From Gammaproteobacteria bacterium (GTDB lineage: Bacteria; Pseudomonadota; Gammaproteobacteria; PS1; Pseudothioglobaceae), in NCBI GenBank assembly GCA_029937335.1, contig JAPYQD010000001.1:1-29982 (forward strand): a DNA stretch of 29,982 nucleotides, given 5' to 3'. Under the pieces are notes generated by a model. The model did no database searches. It was not told where the DNA came from and worked only from the letters and a program-made list of their open reading frames with translations. Both the position numbers and the translations under genes were made by a program. The stretch's first letter is position 1. Every line of letters starts with the position of its first letter. Shown here in pieces: positions 1 through 9,937 of this stretch.

Positions 1-69
1 AGCTACTTTTTTAGCAGCAGAGTCGCTAAAAATAATATCAGCCTCTTCTAAAGCTTGTGCTGTTTTCAT
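1..69 (-). CDS. erpA: Fe-S cluster insertion protein ErpA/IscA-like, N-terminal 23 codons only (runs off the window)
   Basis: Manual translation from ATG at 69 gives MKTAQALEEADIIFSDSAAKKVA, like the HesB/ErpA N-terminus (F-T/S-D-x-A-A-x-K-V). AGGAG SD upstream. argC-erpA adjacency is common in gammaproteobacteria. Confidence 0.6.
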   Translation of the reverse strand, partial: MKTAQALEEADIIFSDSAAKKVA

Positions 70-80
70 ATTTATCTCCT

Positions 81-1112
81 TTAAGGCAGTAAGCCGATTT
101 GCTCTAGGCCCAGCCCTTCATCTATATCGAACATAATGTTCATGTTTTGTATTGCTTGTCCTGCTGCACCCTTAATCAAATTATCAATCACAGCTGTCAC
201 CACTAGCTTACCACCCACTGTTTTTTGTGCGGCAATCTGACAGAAGTTGCTTGATTTAACATTGCGCGTTTCAGGCACAATGCCTGCACCAAGGACAGTC
301 ACAAAGTGCTCGTCTTTATAGGCGGCTTCAAGTATTAATTGTACATCAACGTTAGCATCTAATAAGTCCACATAAATTGTGGATTCCATGCCACGAATCA
401 TTGGCACTAAGTGTGGAATAAAAGTTAAACCAATAGGTTTACCGCCAGCTAACAAGCTTAATTCTTGCTTGATTTCTGGGTAGTGACGATGGCCACTGAC
501 GCCGTAAGCTTTAACAGACTCACTGGCCTCACATAGTAGCATTGCTTGGTTTGCACCACGACCCGCACCACTCACACCTGTTTTGGAATCAACAACAATG
601 TTTGATAAGTCGATTAAATTCTTTTCAATCAGCGGCTTAAGCGCTAACAACACAGTAGTCGGGAAACAGCCTGGATTGCCAATGAGTTGTGCCTCTTTAA
701 TTTGCTCGCGATTGATTTCAGAAAGCCCATACACCGACGATGCAAGCAGATCATCTTGGAAATTTTCCAAACCATACCACTGTGCATATTCATCTTTATC
801 ACGCAAACGGAAGTCTGGGCCCAAATCAATAACTTTAATACCTTTGTTGATAAAGCTCCCAGCTGTTTCCATCGCAACACCATGCGGTGTTGCAAAGAAG
901 ATCACGTCACACTCGTCTAAGACTGCATCATCAGGCGCTGTGAAAGCTAAATCTGTCTGCCCTGCTAAAGACGGAAAAAACTCACCGACAAGTTGCCCCG
1001 CTTCTGAACGAGAGCTGATAGCAATGACTTCTACTTGTGCGTGGTTGTGTAATAGTCGAAGGAGTTCAACACCGGTATAACCCGTGCCACCAATAATGCC
1101 TGCTTTAATCAT
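81..1112 (-). CDS. argC: N-acetyl-gamma-glutamyl-phosphate reductase
   Basis: GIIGGTGYTG NAD(P)-binding motif, FFATPHG, catalytic GNPGCFPT, DNLIKGAAGQAIQNMN. Confidence 0.97.
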   Translation of the reverse strand: MIKAGIIGGTGYTGVELLRLLHNHAQVEVIAISSRSEAGQLVGEFFPSLAGQTDLAFTAPDDAVLDECDVIFFATPHGVAMETAGSFINKGIKVIDLGPDFRLRDKDEYAQWYGLENFQDDLLASSVYGLSEINREQIKEAQLIGNPGCFPTTVLLALKPLIEKNLIDLSNIVVDSKTGVSGAGRGANQAMLLCEASESVKAYGVSGHRHYPEIKQELSLLAGGKPIGLTFIPHLVPMIRGMESTIYVDLLDANVDVQLILEAAYKDEHFVTVLGAGIVPETRNVKSSNFCQIAAQKTVGGKLVVTAVIDNLIKGAAGQAIQNMNIMFDIDEGLGLEQIGLLP

Positions 1113-1124
1113 AGTTATCGTTCT

Positions 1125-2486
1125 CTAGTGAGACTCTCCGAGCATTTTTTCTAGATAGTGAATATTCATACCGCCCTGACGAAAAGTTTCATCTTTCATA
1201 ATGCGAGCTTGCAATGGAATGTTGGTTTTAATGCCGTCAATCACCATTTCATCGAGTGCATTTTGCATTTTGATAATGGCGCCGAGTCGCGTGTCAGCAA
1301 AAGTAATTAGCTTACCAATCATCGAGTCGTAATGCGGAGGCACTGTGTAACCGTTATAAACATGCGAGTCTACACGAACACCTAGGCCACCAGCCACGTG
1401 ATACTGGGTAATTTTTCCGGGTGACGGCATAAAGTTGTTTGGGTCTTCGGCGTTAATACGACATTCAATCGCATAGCCTTTAATTTCAACTTCATCTTGA
1501 GTGAACGACAACGGTTGGCCGTCAGCAATGAGTATTTGTTCGCGCACAATATCAATACCAGTAATCATCTCGGTTACTGGGTGCTCTACTTGAACACGAG
1601 TGTTCATTTCAATAAAGTAAAACTCATCGTTTTCAAATAAAAATTCAAACGTACCTGCACCACGATAGTTAATGGCTTTACAGGCATCAGCACAAACTGC
1701 ACCGATTTTGTTACGGAGCTCAGGTGTGATGCCTGGCCCAGGCGCTTCTTCAACCACTTTTTGATGGCGTCGTTGCATAGAGCAGTCACGCTCACCGAGG
1801 TGCACAGCGTTACCGTGCTCGTCCGCCAGTATTTGAATTTCAACATGACGGGGTGTAGTGAGGAATTTTTCCATGTACACTTCTGCATTGCCAAAAAAAC
1901 TCAGCCCTTCGGTCTTGGCAAGTTCAATTGCAGCGAGTAAATTTTCTTCTTTTTCAACCACTTGCATGCCACGGCCACCGCCACCGCCAGAGGCTTTAAT
2001 AATAATAGGCAGGCCGATATTACGCGCAAGCTCTATATTCTCAATGTCATTAGTGCCCAAACCACCATCTGATCCAGGCACACAAGGTACACTAGATTTT
2101 TGCATGGCTTTAATAGCCGCTACTTTGTCGCCCATCACGCGAATATTTTCAGCGCGAGGACCAATAAAAATAAAGCCACTTTCTTCAACGCGTTGAGCGA
2201 AGTCTGCATTCTCAGATAAGAAGCCATAACCCGGATGAATCGCATCTGCATGTGTCACTTCGGCCGCACTAATGAGTGCTGGAATATTAAGGTAGCTGTC
2301 TGTTGATGAGGGAGGGCCAATACAAACAGCTTCATCTGCTAGGCGGACGTGTTTGAGGTCTTTATCAGCAGTAGAATAAACCGCAACTGTTTTGATGCCC
2401 AATTCTTTACAAGCGCGCAAAATACGCAAGGCGATTTCACCACGGTTGGCAATTAAAACTTTTTGGATTTTATTCAAGACAATCAT
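1125..2486 (-). CDS. accC: acetyl-CoA carboxylase biotin carboxylase subunit
   Basis: [58 protein letters not shown] overlap with the accB stop. Confidence 0.97.
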   Translation of the reverse strand: MIVLNKIQKVLIANRGEIALRILRACKELGIKTVAVYSTADKDLKHVRLADEAVCIGPPSSTDSYLNIPALISAAEVTHADAIHPGYGFLSENADFAQRVEESGFIFIGPRAENIRVMGDKVAAIKAMQKSSVPCVPGSDGGLGTNDIENIELARNIGLPIIIKASGGGGGRGMQVVEKEENLLAAIELAKTEGLSFFGNAEVYMEKFLTTPRHVEIQILADEHGNAVHLGERDCSMQRRHQKVVEEAPGPGITPELRNKIGAVCADACKAINYRGAGTFEFLFENDEFYFIEMNTRVQVEHPVTEMITGIDIVREQILIADGQPLSFTQDEVEIKGYAIECRINAEDPNNFMPSPGKITQYHVAGGLGVRVDSHVYNGYTVPPHYDSMIGKLITFADTRLGAIIKMQNALDEMVIDGIKTNIPLQARIMKDETFRQGGMNIHYLEKMLGESH

Positions 2487-2926
2487 TGAATTACAACTAA
2501 AGTTTGACCAAATTCAACTGCATCGCCATCGCTACACAAGATTTCGGTCACGGTGCCAGACTGATCTGCTTCAATTTGGTTCATGATCTTCATCGCCTCA
2601 ACGATACAAATGGTGTCGCCCTGGTTAACGTGCTGACCAATTTTTACAAAGGCTTCAGAGGTCGGTGATGCTGCACCATAATAAGTGCCCACCATTGGCG
2701 AGGTGATTGGATGGCCGTCAATACTCGGTGCAGCGTCTTCGGATGCTGCCTCTGCTGCCACTGCAACCGGTGCAGGTGCTGCTGCCATTGCAACTGGCGC
2801 TGCTACCATAGGTGCATCACCATAACGGGAGATGCGAACCGATTCCTCAGCTTCGTGAATTTCAATCTCCGCCATGCCAGATTGCTCTAACAGTTCCATT
2901 AATTTTTTTACTTTACGAATATCCAT
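2483..2926 (-). CDS. accB: acetyl-CoA carboxylase biotin carboxyl carrier protein
   Basis: [10 protein letters not shown]-terminus, Ala/Pro linker, SPMVGT, EAMKIMN biotinylation site. Confidence 0.97.
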   Translation of the reverse strand: MDIRKVKKLMELLEQSGMAEIEIHEAEESVRISRYGDAPMVAAPVAMAAAPAPVAVAAEAASEDAAPSIDGHPITSPMVGTYYGAASPTSEAFVKIGQHVNQGDTICIVEAMKIMNQIEADQSGTVTEILCSDGDAVEFGQTLVVIQ

Positions 2927-2935
2927 TTTCTTCCC

Positions 2936-3379
2936 CTATGATTGTGTTTGTATGTGTTTAATTGCTGCACTCATTGCGAAGTCGTAGCCTTGTGCACCAA
3001 AGCCAGAAATCACGCCTTGCGCTATGTCTGAAAAATATGATTTAGAGCGGAACTCCTCGCGTTTGTACACGTTCGAGAGATGTATCTCTGTGAATGGAAT
3101 ATCCACAGCTAGCATTGCATCACGTAACGCCACCGAGGTGTGTGTAAACGCCGCCGGGTTGATAATAATGTACTTAACACCGTCTTTATGCGCCTGATGA
3201 ATACGTTCAATCAGACCAACCTCTGCATTGTCTTGATGGTGATCAAGCGTTAAACCAGCTTGTGTTGCTAAATCGGTAACTTGATTAACGATATCGTCTA
3301 AGGTTTGCGCACCATAATGGTCAGGCTCACGTGTGCCGAGCATGTTGAGATTTGGCCCATTGAGTAACAAAATATCCAT
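2936..3379 (-). CDS. aroQ: type II 3-dehydroquinate dehydratase
   Basis: [40 protein letters not shown]. Canonical dsbD-aroQ-accB-accC order. Confidence 0.97.
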   Translation of the reverse strand: MDILLLNGPNLNMLGTREPDHYGAQTLDDIVNQVTDLATQAGLTLDHHQDNAEVGLIERIHQAHKDGVKYIIINPAAFTHTSVALRDAMLAVDIPFTEIHLSNVYKREEFRSKSYFSDIAQGVISGFGAQGYDFAMSAAIKHIQTQS

Positions 3380-3409
3380 GGTTACAATTGGTGTTGTTAA
3401 ATAAAACTG

Positions 3410-3418
3410 ATTTTACCA
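3410..3418 (-). promoter_or_regulatory. putative extended -10 promoter (TGGTAAAAT) for aroQ-accB-accC
   Basis: Minus strand reads TG-G-TAAAAT about 30 nt upstream of the aroQ ATG. The -35 region is poor. Confidence 0.4.
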
Positions 3419-3484
3419 CCAACATCACAGATGTTAGAAGGATTTATCGGCATTTTAACTACATAATTTAGGCGCTTTTAAGCT

Positions 3485-5719
3485 TTATTTGGCTTTGTTG
3501 AAATGCTCGAGATAGCCTTGGGCGTTAATTTCGCCAACAATACGCTGAGAGCGCTTTTCAACACCATTATTGAAAAACAAAATCGCTGGTGGGCCAATGA
3601 TGTTAAAGCGCGCCATCAGAGCTTTATCAGTTGCATCGTTTGCAGTGACGTCAGCCTGTAGAGCAATGGCGTTTTTCATGGCGTCAACGACACTGGCGTT
3701 TGAGAATACGAAACGTTCAAGTTCTTTACAAGAGATACACCAATCAGCATAAAAGTCTAGCATGACGATTTGATTGTTTGCCTTGGCTCTGAACAATATT
3801 CGATCAAGATCCGCGTTTGATTTAATTTTTTCAAATTTAACATGCACTTGTTCTGATTGGGTGCTAGAGCCGTAACCAGAGAGCGGCGCCAACATATCAC
3901 CACCACCACGAGCCACCAAGCCCCACAGTAAAATACCGTAAGCTAACACCAGTAGGCCGATCGCTTTAAAGATACGCTGCCACGGTGTTGGTGTATTGGT
4001 GAGCGAATTGAGTACGCCCATCGCAATGGGTGAGAAGCTAAATAGGGTGGCCCATAATGCTAATGATACGACCGGTGAGATAATACGATCAAGTAACCAA
4101 ATGGCAACAGCCAACATCAAGATGCCGAATACATATTTGATATTATCCATCCAGCCACCGGCTTTAGGTAATTTACTCACACCCGCACCGATAGCTAATA
4201 GCGGTGCGCCCATACCCAAACTCATGACGAACAGAGACAGTCCGCCAAGCATAGCATCACCCGTTTGACCAATGTAAATCAGCGCACCTGCTAACGGTGG
4301 CGCCACACACGGGCCAACGATTAATGCAGATAAGAAGCCCATAATGGCCACACCAATGAGGTGCCCTCCCTCTTGTTTATTACTGATTTTAGCAATTTTG
4401 TTTTGTAAGCCGGTAGGCAGTTGGATTTCATAATAGCCAAACATTGAGAACGCTAAGGTGACAAATATCAAGGCAAATACCACCAGTATCCAAGGCGTTT
4501 GGAATAACACTTGTAGGTTTTCACCAAAGTAGCCTGCGAGTACGCCAGCAATCGAATACGTGACACTCATCGCCAACACAAATACGATCGACATAACCAG
4601 TGCTTTCCTGGTGGTAACTTCGCCTTTGTGACCCACAATAATGCCAGATAAAATTGGAATCATTGGGAACACACAAGGCGTGAGTGAAAGCAATAAACCG
4701 AATCCAAAGAAGCTGGCTAATACCCAAAATATGTTATCTTGTTGGAGTAACGCTGCAATTTTGTCAGTTTCGTTAAGCTCGATTGTCGGTGTATTTGTCG
4801 GTGCATTATTAACCACGACAGCGGCTGGTTTGACTATTGTTGTTTCAGCGCCTTGAATAGGCAATACGATTTCAGTGGTCTTTTCTAGCGGCGGATAACA
4901 AATACCGCCTAACCAACAACCTTGGTATTTGGCAATAAAAGTGATTTGCTGTGACTGAATATTTTTAAGTGGAATTTCAACGTTAAGTTGGCCTTTATGA
5001 ATTTGCACTTTACCAAATAACGGATCATCTTTTTCCTTGCCTTTAGGGAAAGCCACGTCGCCAATCTCGGCACCTATGACATCAATAAAAAACTTATCAT
5101 GATATAAATAGTACTCTGGATGAATTTGCCAAGTCGCCATGAGCGTGTTGGTATCAATAGCCACAACTGAGAAGGTAAAGGCTTCATCTGCAGGTAGTGG
5201 TTCATCAGAAATAGGTGTTACTTTGTCGACTGCTGATTGCACACCAACTTTGGCCTTAGAAAAAATATCAAGCGCACTGTCTATTAAAGATGGCCCGTGA
5301 ATACTGCTAATATCAAGTACAACTGATTTAGTAATGGGTGGATAACACACACCTAAATCTGCACAACCTTGGAAGGTTACATTTAACTGGACTGATTTAG
5401 CATCGCCCTCAAGAACTGGAATAGCAACAACAATATTGTTACGATAAACGCCAATTTTGCCAAAAAATTCATCATTTTTAATTTTAGCTTTTGGGAATTT
5501 AGCTGCGCCTAGTTGGGTAGAAAAATCGGAAGAAATTTTGATTTTTTCTTTGTATAGATAGTAGCCTTGGGCGATATCCAAATTGAGCAATATTTCATCA
5601 TTGACAACTCTGGCTTTAAAAGCAAAAGCTTCATCCGCAGGCAGTAAATCACTCGCCGCTTGTGTTGGTACTAATGCTGACAGTAGTAATAAAAATAAAG
5701 GCAATAATAAGCGTTTCAA
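3485..5719 (-). CDS. dsbD: thiol:disulfide interchange protein DsbD with two N-terminal (alpha) domains
   Basis: Signal-peptide-like start, two QGC-x4-CYPP domains, membrane domain with LTPCVFPMIPI and GPCVAPP, C-terminal YADWCISC thioredoxin. The ORF track starts at 5794, but TTG at 5719 has a GGAG SD and opens the signal peptide (KRLLLPLFLLLLSAL), so it is preferred. Confidence 0.93.
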   Translation of the reverse strand: MKRLLLPLFLLLLSALVPTQAASDLLPADEAFAFKARVVNDEILLNLDIAQGYYLYKEKIKISSDFSTQLGAAKFPKAKIKNDEFFGKIGVYRNNIVVAIPVLEGDAKSVQLNVTFQGCADLGVCYPPITKSVVLDISSIHGPSLIDSALDIFSKAKVGVQSAVDKVTPISDEPLPADEAFTFSVVAIDTNTLMATWQIHPEYYLYHDKFFIDVIGAEIGDVAFPKGKEKDDPLFGKVQIHKGQLNVEIPLKNIQSQQITFIAKYQGCWLGGICYPPLEKTTEIVLPIQGAETTIVKPAAVVVNNAPTNTPTIELNETDKIAALLQQDNIFWVLASFFGFGLLLSLTPCVFPMIPILSGIIVGHKGEVTTRKALVMSIVFVLAMSVTYSIAGVLAGYFGENLQVLFQTPWILVVFALIFVTLAFSMFGYYEIQLPTGLQNKIAKISNKQEGGHLIGVAIMGFLSALIVGPCVAPPLAGALIYIGQTGDAMLGGLSLFVMSLGMGAPLLAIGAGVSKLPKAGGWMDNIKYVFGILMLAVAIWLLDRIISPVVSLALWATLFSFSPIAMGVLNSLTNTPTPWQRIFKAIGLLVLAYGILLWGLVARGGGDMLAPLSGYGSSTQSEQVHVKFEKIKSNADLDRILFRAKANNQIVMLDFYADWCISCKELERFVFSNASVVDAMKNAIALQADVTANDATDKALMARFNIIGPPAILFFNNGVEKRSQRIVGEINAQGYLEHFNKAK

Positions 5720-5832
5720 ATCTCTCTCCAAATATTTCAAACCCAAAAAAAATCCTCTAATTACAGTTAGGGTTAAGTCCTCATTATAAGTCATAATAGT
5801 GCTTTAAACAAATAGACAGAATAACAGGCAAT

Positions 5833-5867
5833 AAAAAACCCTAAACACAAAAGCATTCAGGGTTTTT
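5833..5867 (-). terminator. intrinsic terminator downstream of adk
   Basis: Minus-strand RNA CCCUGAAUGC-UUUU-GUGUUUAGGG-UUUUUU: 10-bp stem with G-U pairs followed by a U tract. Confidence 0.8.
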
Positions 5868-5910
5868 GGCAACAACTTAAACCGCTTAAAAGCAAACGGA
5901 TTAAGTGATA

Positions 5911-6549
5911 TTAGCCAATTTTTGCTTGAATTGCGTCAATCACTGATTGAGACGAAGTCGCATCAACGCTAAGTAATAAACCTTCGTTTTCGTAGAAACC
6001 CACCAAAGGCGCAGTTTGGTCGTTGTATACGTTCAAACGGTTGCTGATGGCTTCTTCAGTTTCATCTTCACGCTGTATTGCAGCACCGCCACATTTATCA
6101 CACACGCCGTCAACTTTTGTAGGGTTAGACTTAACGTTGTAGATTGCACCACAATCTTCACAAGTACGACGCGTGGTTAAACGATCAAGGATCACATCAC
6201 GTGGCACTTGGATTTCAACTGCAGCGTCTAATTTTTCGCCCATTTTTTCAAGTAATGCTTTCAATGCCTCTGCTTGTGGAATAGTGCGTGGGAAGCCGTC
6301 TAATAAGTAGCCAGATTTACAATCGTCTTCTTGAAGGCGCTCTTCCATAATACCCATAATTAAATCGTCAGAAACTAAGTCGCCTGCTTTCATCGCTGCT
6401 TGAGCTTGCTTGCCTAGCTCTGTACCAGCCGCAACTGCGCCACGTAAGATGTCGCCTGTAGAGATTTGAACCGAACCATCGATTTTTGTTAGTAATTTTG
6501 CTACAGTGCCTTTGCCGGCACCTGGAGCACCTAAAAGAATTAATTTCAT
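5911..6549 (-). CDS. adk: adenylate kinase, long form with Cys4 zinc LID
   Basis: GAPGAGKGT P-loop, ISTGDILR, LLDGFPRT, LID C-x2-C-x16-C-x2-C. Confidence 0.97.
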   Translation of the reverse strand: MKLILLGAPGAGKGTVAKLLTKIDGSVQISTGDILRGAVAAGTELGKQAQAAMKAGDLVSDDLIMGIMEERLQEDDCKSGYLLDGFPRTIPQAEALKALLEKMGEKLDAAVEIQVPRDVILDRLTTRRTCEDCGAIYNVKSNPTKVDGVCDKCGGAAIQREDETEEAISNRLNVYNDQTAPLVGFYENEGLLLSVDATSSQSVIDAIQAKIG

Positions 6550-6637
6550 AATGTTTCCTTGGGGTTAAATAAAAAAGAAGTAGTTAATAAAAAAATCGGC
6601 CTCGTCTTTAATATTTTGAGGTCAAAATTGAGCGAAA

Positions 6638-6666
6638 ATTATATCATAAACTTCGTATATAGTGAA
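6638..6666 (-). promoter_or_regulatory. sigma70-type promoter of adk
   Basis: Minus strand TTCACT (6666-6661), 17-nt spacer, TATAAT (6643-6638), with the extended -10 TG at 6646-6645. Confidence 0.65.
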
Positions 6667-6776
6667 ATGGCATTTAAAGTAAGCGCCTAGAGACTCATTT
6701 GTAAAATTTCCAATATTTTTTCACTTCAAAGAGTATTTCTTACACTACGTTCCGGGCAGAAGTGGTTAAAGATTTT

Positions 6777-7334
6777 TTACTGAACCACAACCACCATTGC
6801 TGGACGCACTAAACGACCATTAAGTGTAAAGCCAATTTGTACCACTTCAAGCACTGAATTGGATTCTTTGTCAGGCATAGGTACCATCGTGACTGCCTCA
6901 TGAAACTCAGGATTAAAAGCCTCGTCTGTTGGGTTGATAACTTCAACACCGAACTTTTCCATGGTGGATAAAAACACTTTGTCGGTCATCTCTAAGCCTT
7001 CAATAATGTGCTCAATAGTGGCTTTCTCTTCATTGGCAGTTTTAAGCCCCATGGTGAGTGAGTCTTTGACTTCAAGCAGTGCTTTAACAAAACCGTCAAG
7101 GGCAAACTTATGTGCATTTTCAAGATCTTTGGCATTGCGACGTTTGAGATTTTCCATTTCAGCTTGGGCACGAAGCACCTTGTCCCAATTATCTTTGGCA
7201 GATTGTTGGGCTTCTTCTAGTTGGGTCTGTAGATCGTCTGATTGTTCGTCAGTAGTTGCTTGTTCGACATTTTTGTCCTCTACTTTTTCTTCGGTTTTTT
7301 CTTGCGCTTTCTTTTTTGTCATTTTAATGCTCAA
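6777..7334 (-). CDS. grpE: nucleotide exchange factor GrpE
   Basis: [37 protein letters not shown]. Divergent from nadK as in E. coli. The start may be the ATG at 7322. Confidence 0.96.
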   Translation of the reverse strand: MSIKMTKKKAQEKTEEKVEDKNVEQATTDEQSDDLQTQLEEAQQSAKDNWDKVLRAQAEMENLKRRNAKDLENAHKFALDGFVKALLEVKDSLTMGLKTANEEKATIEHIIEGLEMTDKVFLSTMEKFGVEVINPTDEAFNPEFHEAVTMVPMPDKESNSVLEVVQIGFTLNGRLVRPAMVVVVQ

Positions 7335-7373
7335 CTCATGTATATTTGTACTCGTTATATAAGGGCTATTTTA

Positions 7374-7398
7374 AATAAATCAACAGCAATAAATCAAC
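7374..7398. repeat. 11-bp direct repeat AATAAATCAAC x2 (14-bp period)
   Basis: Copies at 7374-7384 and 7388-7398 in the grpE/nadK divergent spacer. Confidence 0.7.
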
Positions 7399-7399
7399 T

Positions 7400-8218
7400 A
7401 TGTTTAATACCATTGGCATCATTACTAAACCGAACGATCCAGTCAGCGAAGGCAAGGCTGGAGAACTCAGTACGTTTCTTGAGCAGCAAGGTGTTGGCGT
7501 GGTGCTTGAATCAGAAGAAATTGCAGAGCAGGCAGATTTGATCATTGTGGTGGGTGGTGATGGTTCTTTGCTCAATACAGCACGTTCTTTTGTTGATAAT
7601 AACATTCCAATCTTGGGTATTAACTTAGGCCATCTTGGGTTTTTAGCTGATGTTTCAGTTAATAACATGTTAGATCTTGTGGCTGAAGTACTCAATGGCG
7701 ATTTCACCAAAGAAGAGCGCTGTTTGTTGTCGTGCCAGATTGAAGAAGATGGCGATGTACTAGGCCAACATTTAGCGCTAAATGACGTGGTTGTGCACCG
7801 TAAAGAAACATTAAAGATGATTGAATTTGATGTGTTTATTGATGACAAGTTTGTGAACAATCAACGTGCTGATGGCTTGATTGTGACCACACCAACGGGT
7901 TCAACCGCTTATGCGCTATCAAGTGGTGGCCCAATTATGCACCCAGGAGTTAATGCCATTGGCTTGGTATCAATTTGCCCGCATACCATGAGTCATAGAC
8001 CGCTCTTGGTGCCGGGCGGTAGTGAGGTGGTGATTCGCGTAAAAGAATCTGATGAAGGTGCAACCGTGAGCTTTGACGGGCAAACTTCAGTGTCTATTGT
8101 TTCTGGACAAGATATTCGTGTACGCCAACATGGCAGCTTTATTCATCTGTTGCATCCGCAGAACTATGACTATTTTGAGATTATTCGCTCAAAGCTACAT
8201 TGGGGCGCTAAGCTTTAA
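7400..8218 (+). CDS. nadK: NAD(+) kinase
   Basis: GGDGSLL, GINLGHLGFL, LNDVV, ADGLIVTTPTGSTAYALSSGGPI. Confidence 0.97.
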   Translation: MFNTIGIITKPNDPVSEGKAGELSTFLEQQGVGVVLESEEIAEQADLIIVVGGDGSLLNTARSFVDNNIPILGINLGHLGFLADVSVNNMLDLVAEVLNGDFTKEERCLLSCQIEEDGDVLGQHLALNDVVVHRKETLKMIEFDVFIDDKFVNNQRADGLIVTTPTGSTAYALSSGGPIMHPGVNAIGLVSICPHTMSHRPLLVPGGSEVVIRVKESDEGATVSFDGQTSVSIVSGQDIRVRQHGSFIHLLHPQNYDYFEIIRSKLHWGAKL

Positions 8219-8233
8219 TACGCAATATCGGTT

Positions 8234-9895
8234 ATGTTATCCCAGCTATCGGTTAAAAATTTGGCGGTTGTTGAAACCTTAGATCTGGCTTTTTCCCCAG
8301 GTATGAGTACAGTGACGGGCGAGACCGGTGCGGGTAAATCTATTCTTTTACAAGCGCTTAATTTAGCACTAGGCGGGCGTGGCGATTCTTCCTTGGTGCG
8401 CCACGGTAAAGACAAGGCCGAGGTAAGTGCTGCGTTTGATGTGTTTAACCAACAAAAGATACAAGCTTATCTTCAAGAGCAATCACTAGAGGATGAAGGT
8501 GAATGTATTTTGCGTCGTATTATTAGTAGTGACGGCCGTTCAAAGGCTTTTGTTAATGGTGCCAGCGTACCACTATCGGTTTTAAAAGGCGTGGGTGAGT
8601 TGCTGGTTGATATGCATGGGCAAAACGAACACCAATTATTATTGCGCCCCGATCAACAGCGAAGTTTGCTCGATGCTTATGCGCAAAGTACCGAAGCTTG
8701 TGCTTTGCTTAATGCAATCGTTGCTAAATATAAGGCCATTAGTAATCAAATTGATGAACTCAGTACTAATCAGGAGTTGAAACAGCAACAACAAGCTTTA
8801 TTACAACACCAGTTGCAAGAGCTAGAGAATGCCGAACTGACGCAAGATGAGCTTGACCATATTGAAGGCGACTTTAAAACCAGCGCAAATGCAGCCAGTT
8901 TGATTGAAAAAATTTCCACCATACTTAATCAGTTGGAGCAAGAGATGGGCGCCAACACTCAGCTACTCAGTCTGAGTTATGAATTGAGTCAAGCGGCAGA
9001 AACAGATGAAAAGCTTTTACCTGTTTCAGCATTGTTATCCAGTGCACAGGTGCAAACACAAGAAAGCATTTATGAATTGACCAACTACTTATCTGGTTTG
9101 TCGGTTGATGAGCAAATAACTGCTGAACTAGAGGCTCGATTGAGCGAATTGCACGATTTGGCGCGTAAGCACAATTGTCAAATTACAGAATTAATGGTTG
9201 CCAAGGATAAGGTTGTTGCGGAAGTAGAATCCATTGGCGGTGTCGGTGCATCAATTGATGCTTTACAACAACAACAAAATCAATTGTCCCAGCAGTATCA
9301 AAAACAAGCTAAACGTTTAAGTAAAATAAGAGTTGAAAAGGCCAAGCACTTATCAAACGCAGTCACCGAAGCTATGCAAGTGTTGGGTATGCCGGGTAGT
9401 GAGGTCAAAGTTGACCTAGCTAAAAAGACAGAGGGTGTGCACTACAATGGTGATGAGGGTGTCGACTTCTTAGTGAAAACCAATATGGGTAGTGACTTTA
9501 AAGCTTTGAAAAAAGTGGCGTCAGGCGGTGAATTATCGCGCATATCATTGGCAATATCGGTGGTCAGCAGTGACAGTGAATATACCCCAACGTTGATTTT
9601 TGATGAAGTCGATGTCGGTATTAGTGGTGCAGTTGCTGAGGTGGTTGGGCAAAAACTAAAGCAGTTGAGCGAACATTATCAGATTATTTGCATTACTCAT
9701 TTGGCGCAAGTGGCTAGCTTTGGTCATCAACATTTGCGGGTGAGTAAAGCACAACAAGATGCGGGCGCGCAAACGACAGTCGAACAACTTTCTAATCATG
9801 AGCGGGTTGATGAGGTAGCACGTATCTTAGGCGGCACCACCATTACTGATAAGGCACGCAAAGCCGCTGAGGAAATGATTAAACAAAGTGCATAA
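8234..9895 (+). CDS. recN: DNA repair protein RecN
   Basis: GETGAGKS Walker A, coiled coil, ASGGELSR signature, LIFDEVDVGISG Walker B, CITHLAQVA. Follows nadK. Confidence 0.97.
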   Translation: MLSQLSVKNLAVVETLDLAFSPGMSTVTGETGAGKSILLQALNLALGGRGDSSLVRHGKDKAEVSAAFDVFNQQKIQAYLQEQSLEDEGECILRRIISSDGRSKAFVNGASVPLSVLKGVGELLVDMHGQNEHQLLLRPDQQRSLLDAYAQSTEACALLNAIVAKYKAISNQIDELSTNQELKQQQQALLQHQLQELENAELTQDELDHIEGDFKTSANAASLIEKISTILNQLEQEMGANTQLLSLSYELSQAAETDEKLLPVSALLSSAQVQTQESIYELTNYLSGLSVDEQITAELEARLSELHDLARKHNCQITELMVAKDKVVAEVESIGGVGASIDALQQQQNQLSQQYQKQAKRLSKIRVEKAKHLSNAVTEAMQVLGMPGSEVKVDLAKKTEGVHYNGDEGVDFLVKTNMGSDFKALKKVASGGELSRISLAISVVSSDSEYTPTLIFDEVDVGISGAVAEVVGQKLKQLSEHYQIICITHLAQVASFGHQHLRVSKAQQDAGAQTTVEQLSNHERVDEVARILGGTTITDKARKAAEEMIKQSA

Positions 9896-9928
9896 AAAAG
9901 CCGCCAATAATAAGTGTAAGCGGCTTTT
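9896..9928. terminator. probable bidirectional intrinsic terminator between recN and sqr
   Basis: AAAAGCCGC (9896-9904) and GCGGCTTTT (9920-9928) inverted repeat with A/T tracts on both sides, between convergent genes. The loop is long (15 nt). Confidence 0.7.
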
Positions 9929-9937
9929 AGTTTTTAA

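Noticed and set aside
583-1080. 165-aa plus-strand ORF and other overlapping ORFs in the track (for example 1858-2196, 6934-7362, 7366-7860, 15162-15515, 16017-16373, 24974-25417)
   Set aside because: They lie antisense to, or out of frame within, well-supported housekeeping genes and show no family motifs; typical shadow ORFs.
5720-5794. 25-aa N-terminal extension of DsbD in the ORF track
   Set aside because: TTG at 5719 has a GGAG SD and begins the signal peptide; the extension is probably untranslated.
5875-5907. Second imperfect hairpin (ACTTAA-A-CCG...CGG-A-TTAAGT) between the adk stop and its terminator
   Set aside because: AT-rich with mismatches and no other copy seen; at most an mRNA-stabilizing stem.
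6667-6776. Unexplained ~110 bp between the grpE stop and the adk promoter, checked for a tRNA or sRNA
   Set aside because: No cloverleaf, T-loop or strong terminator found.
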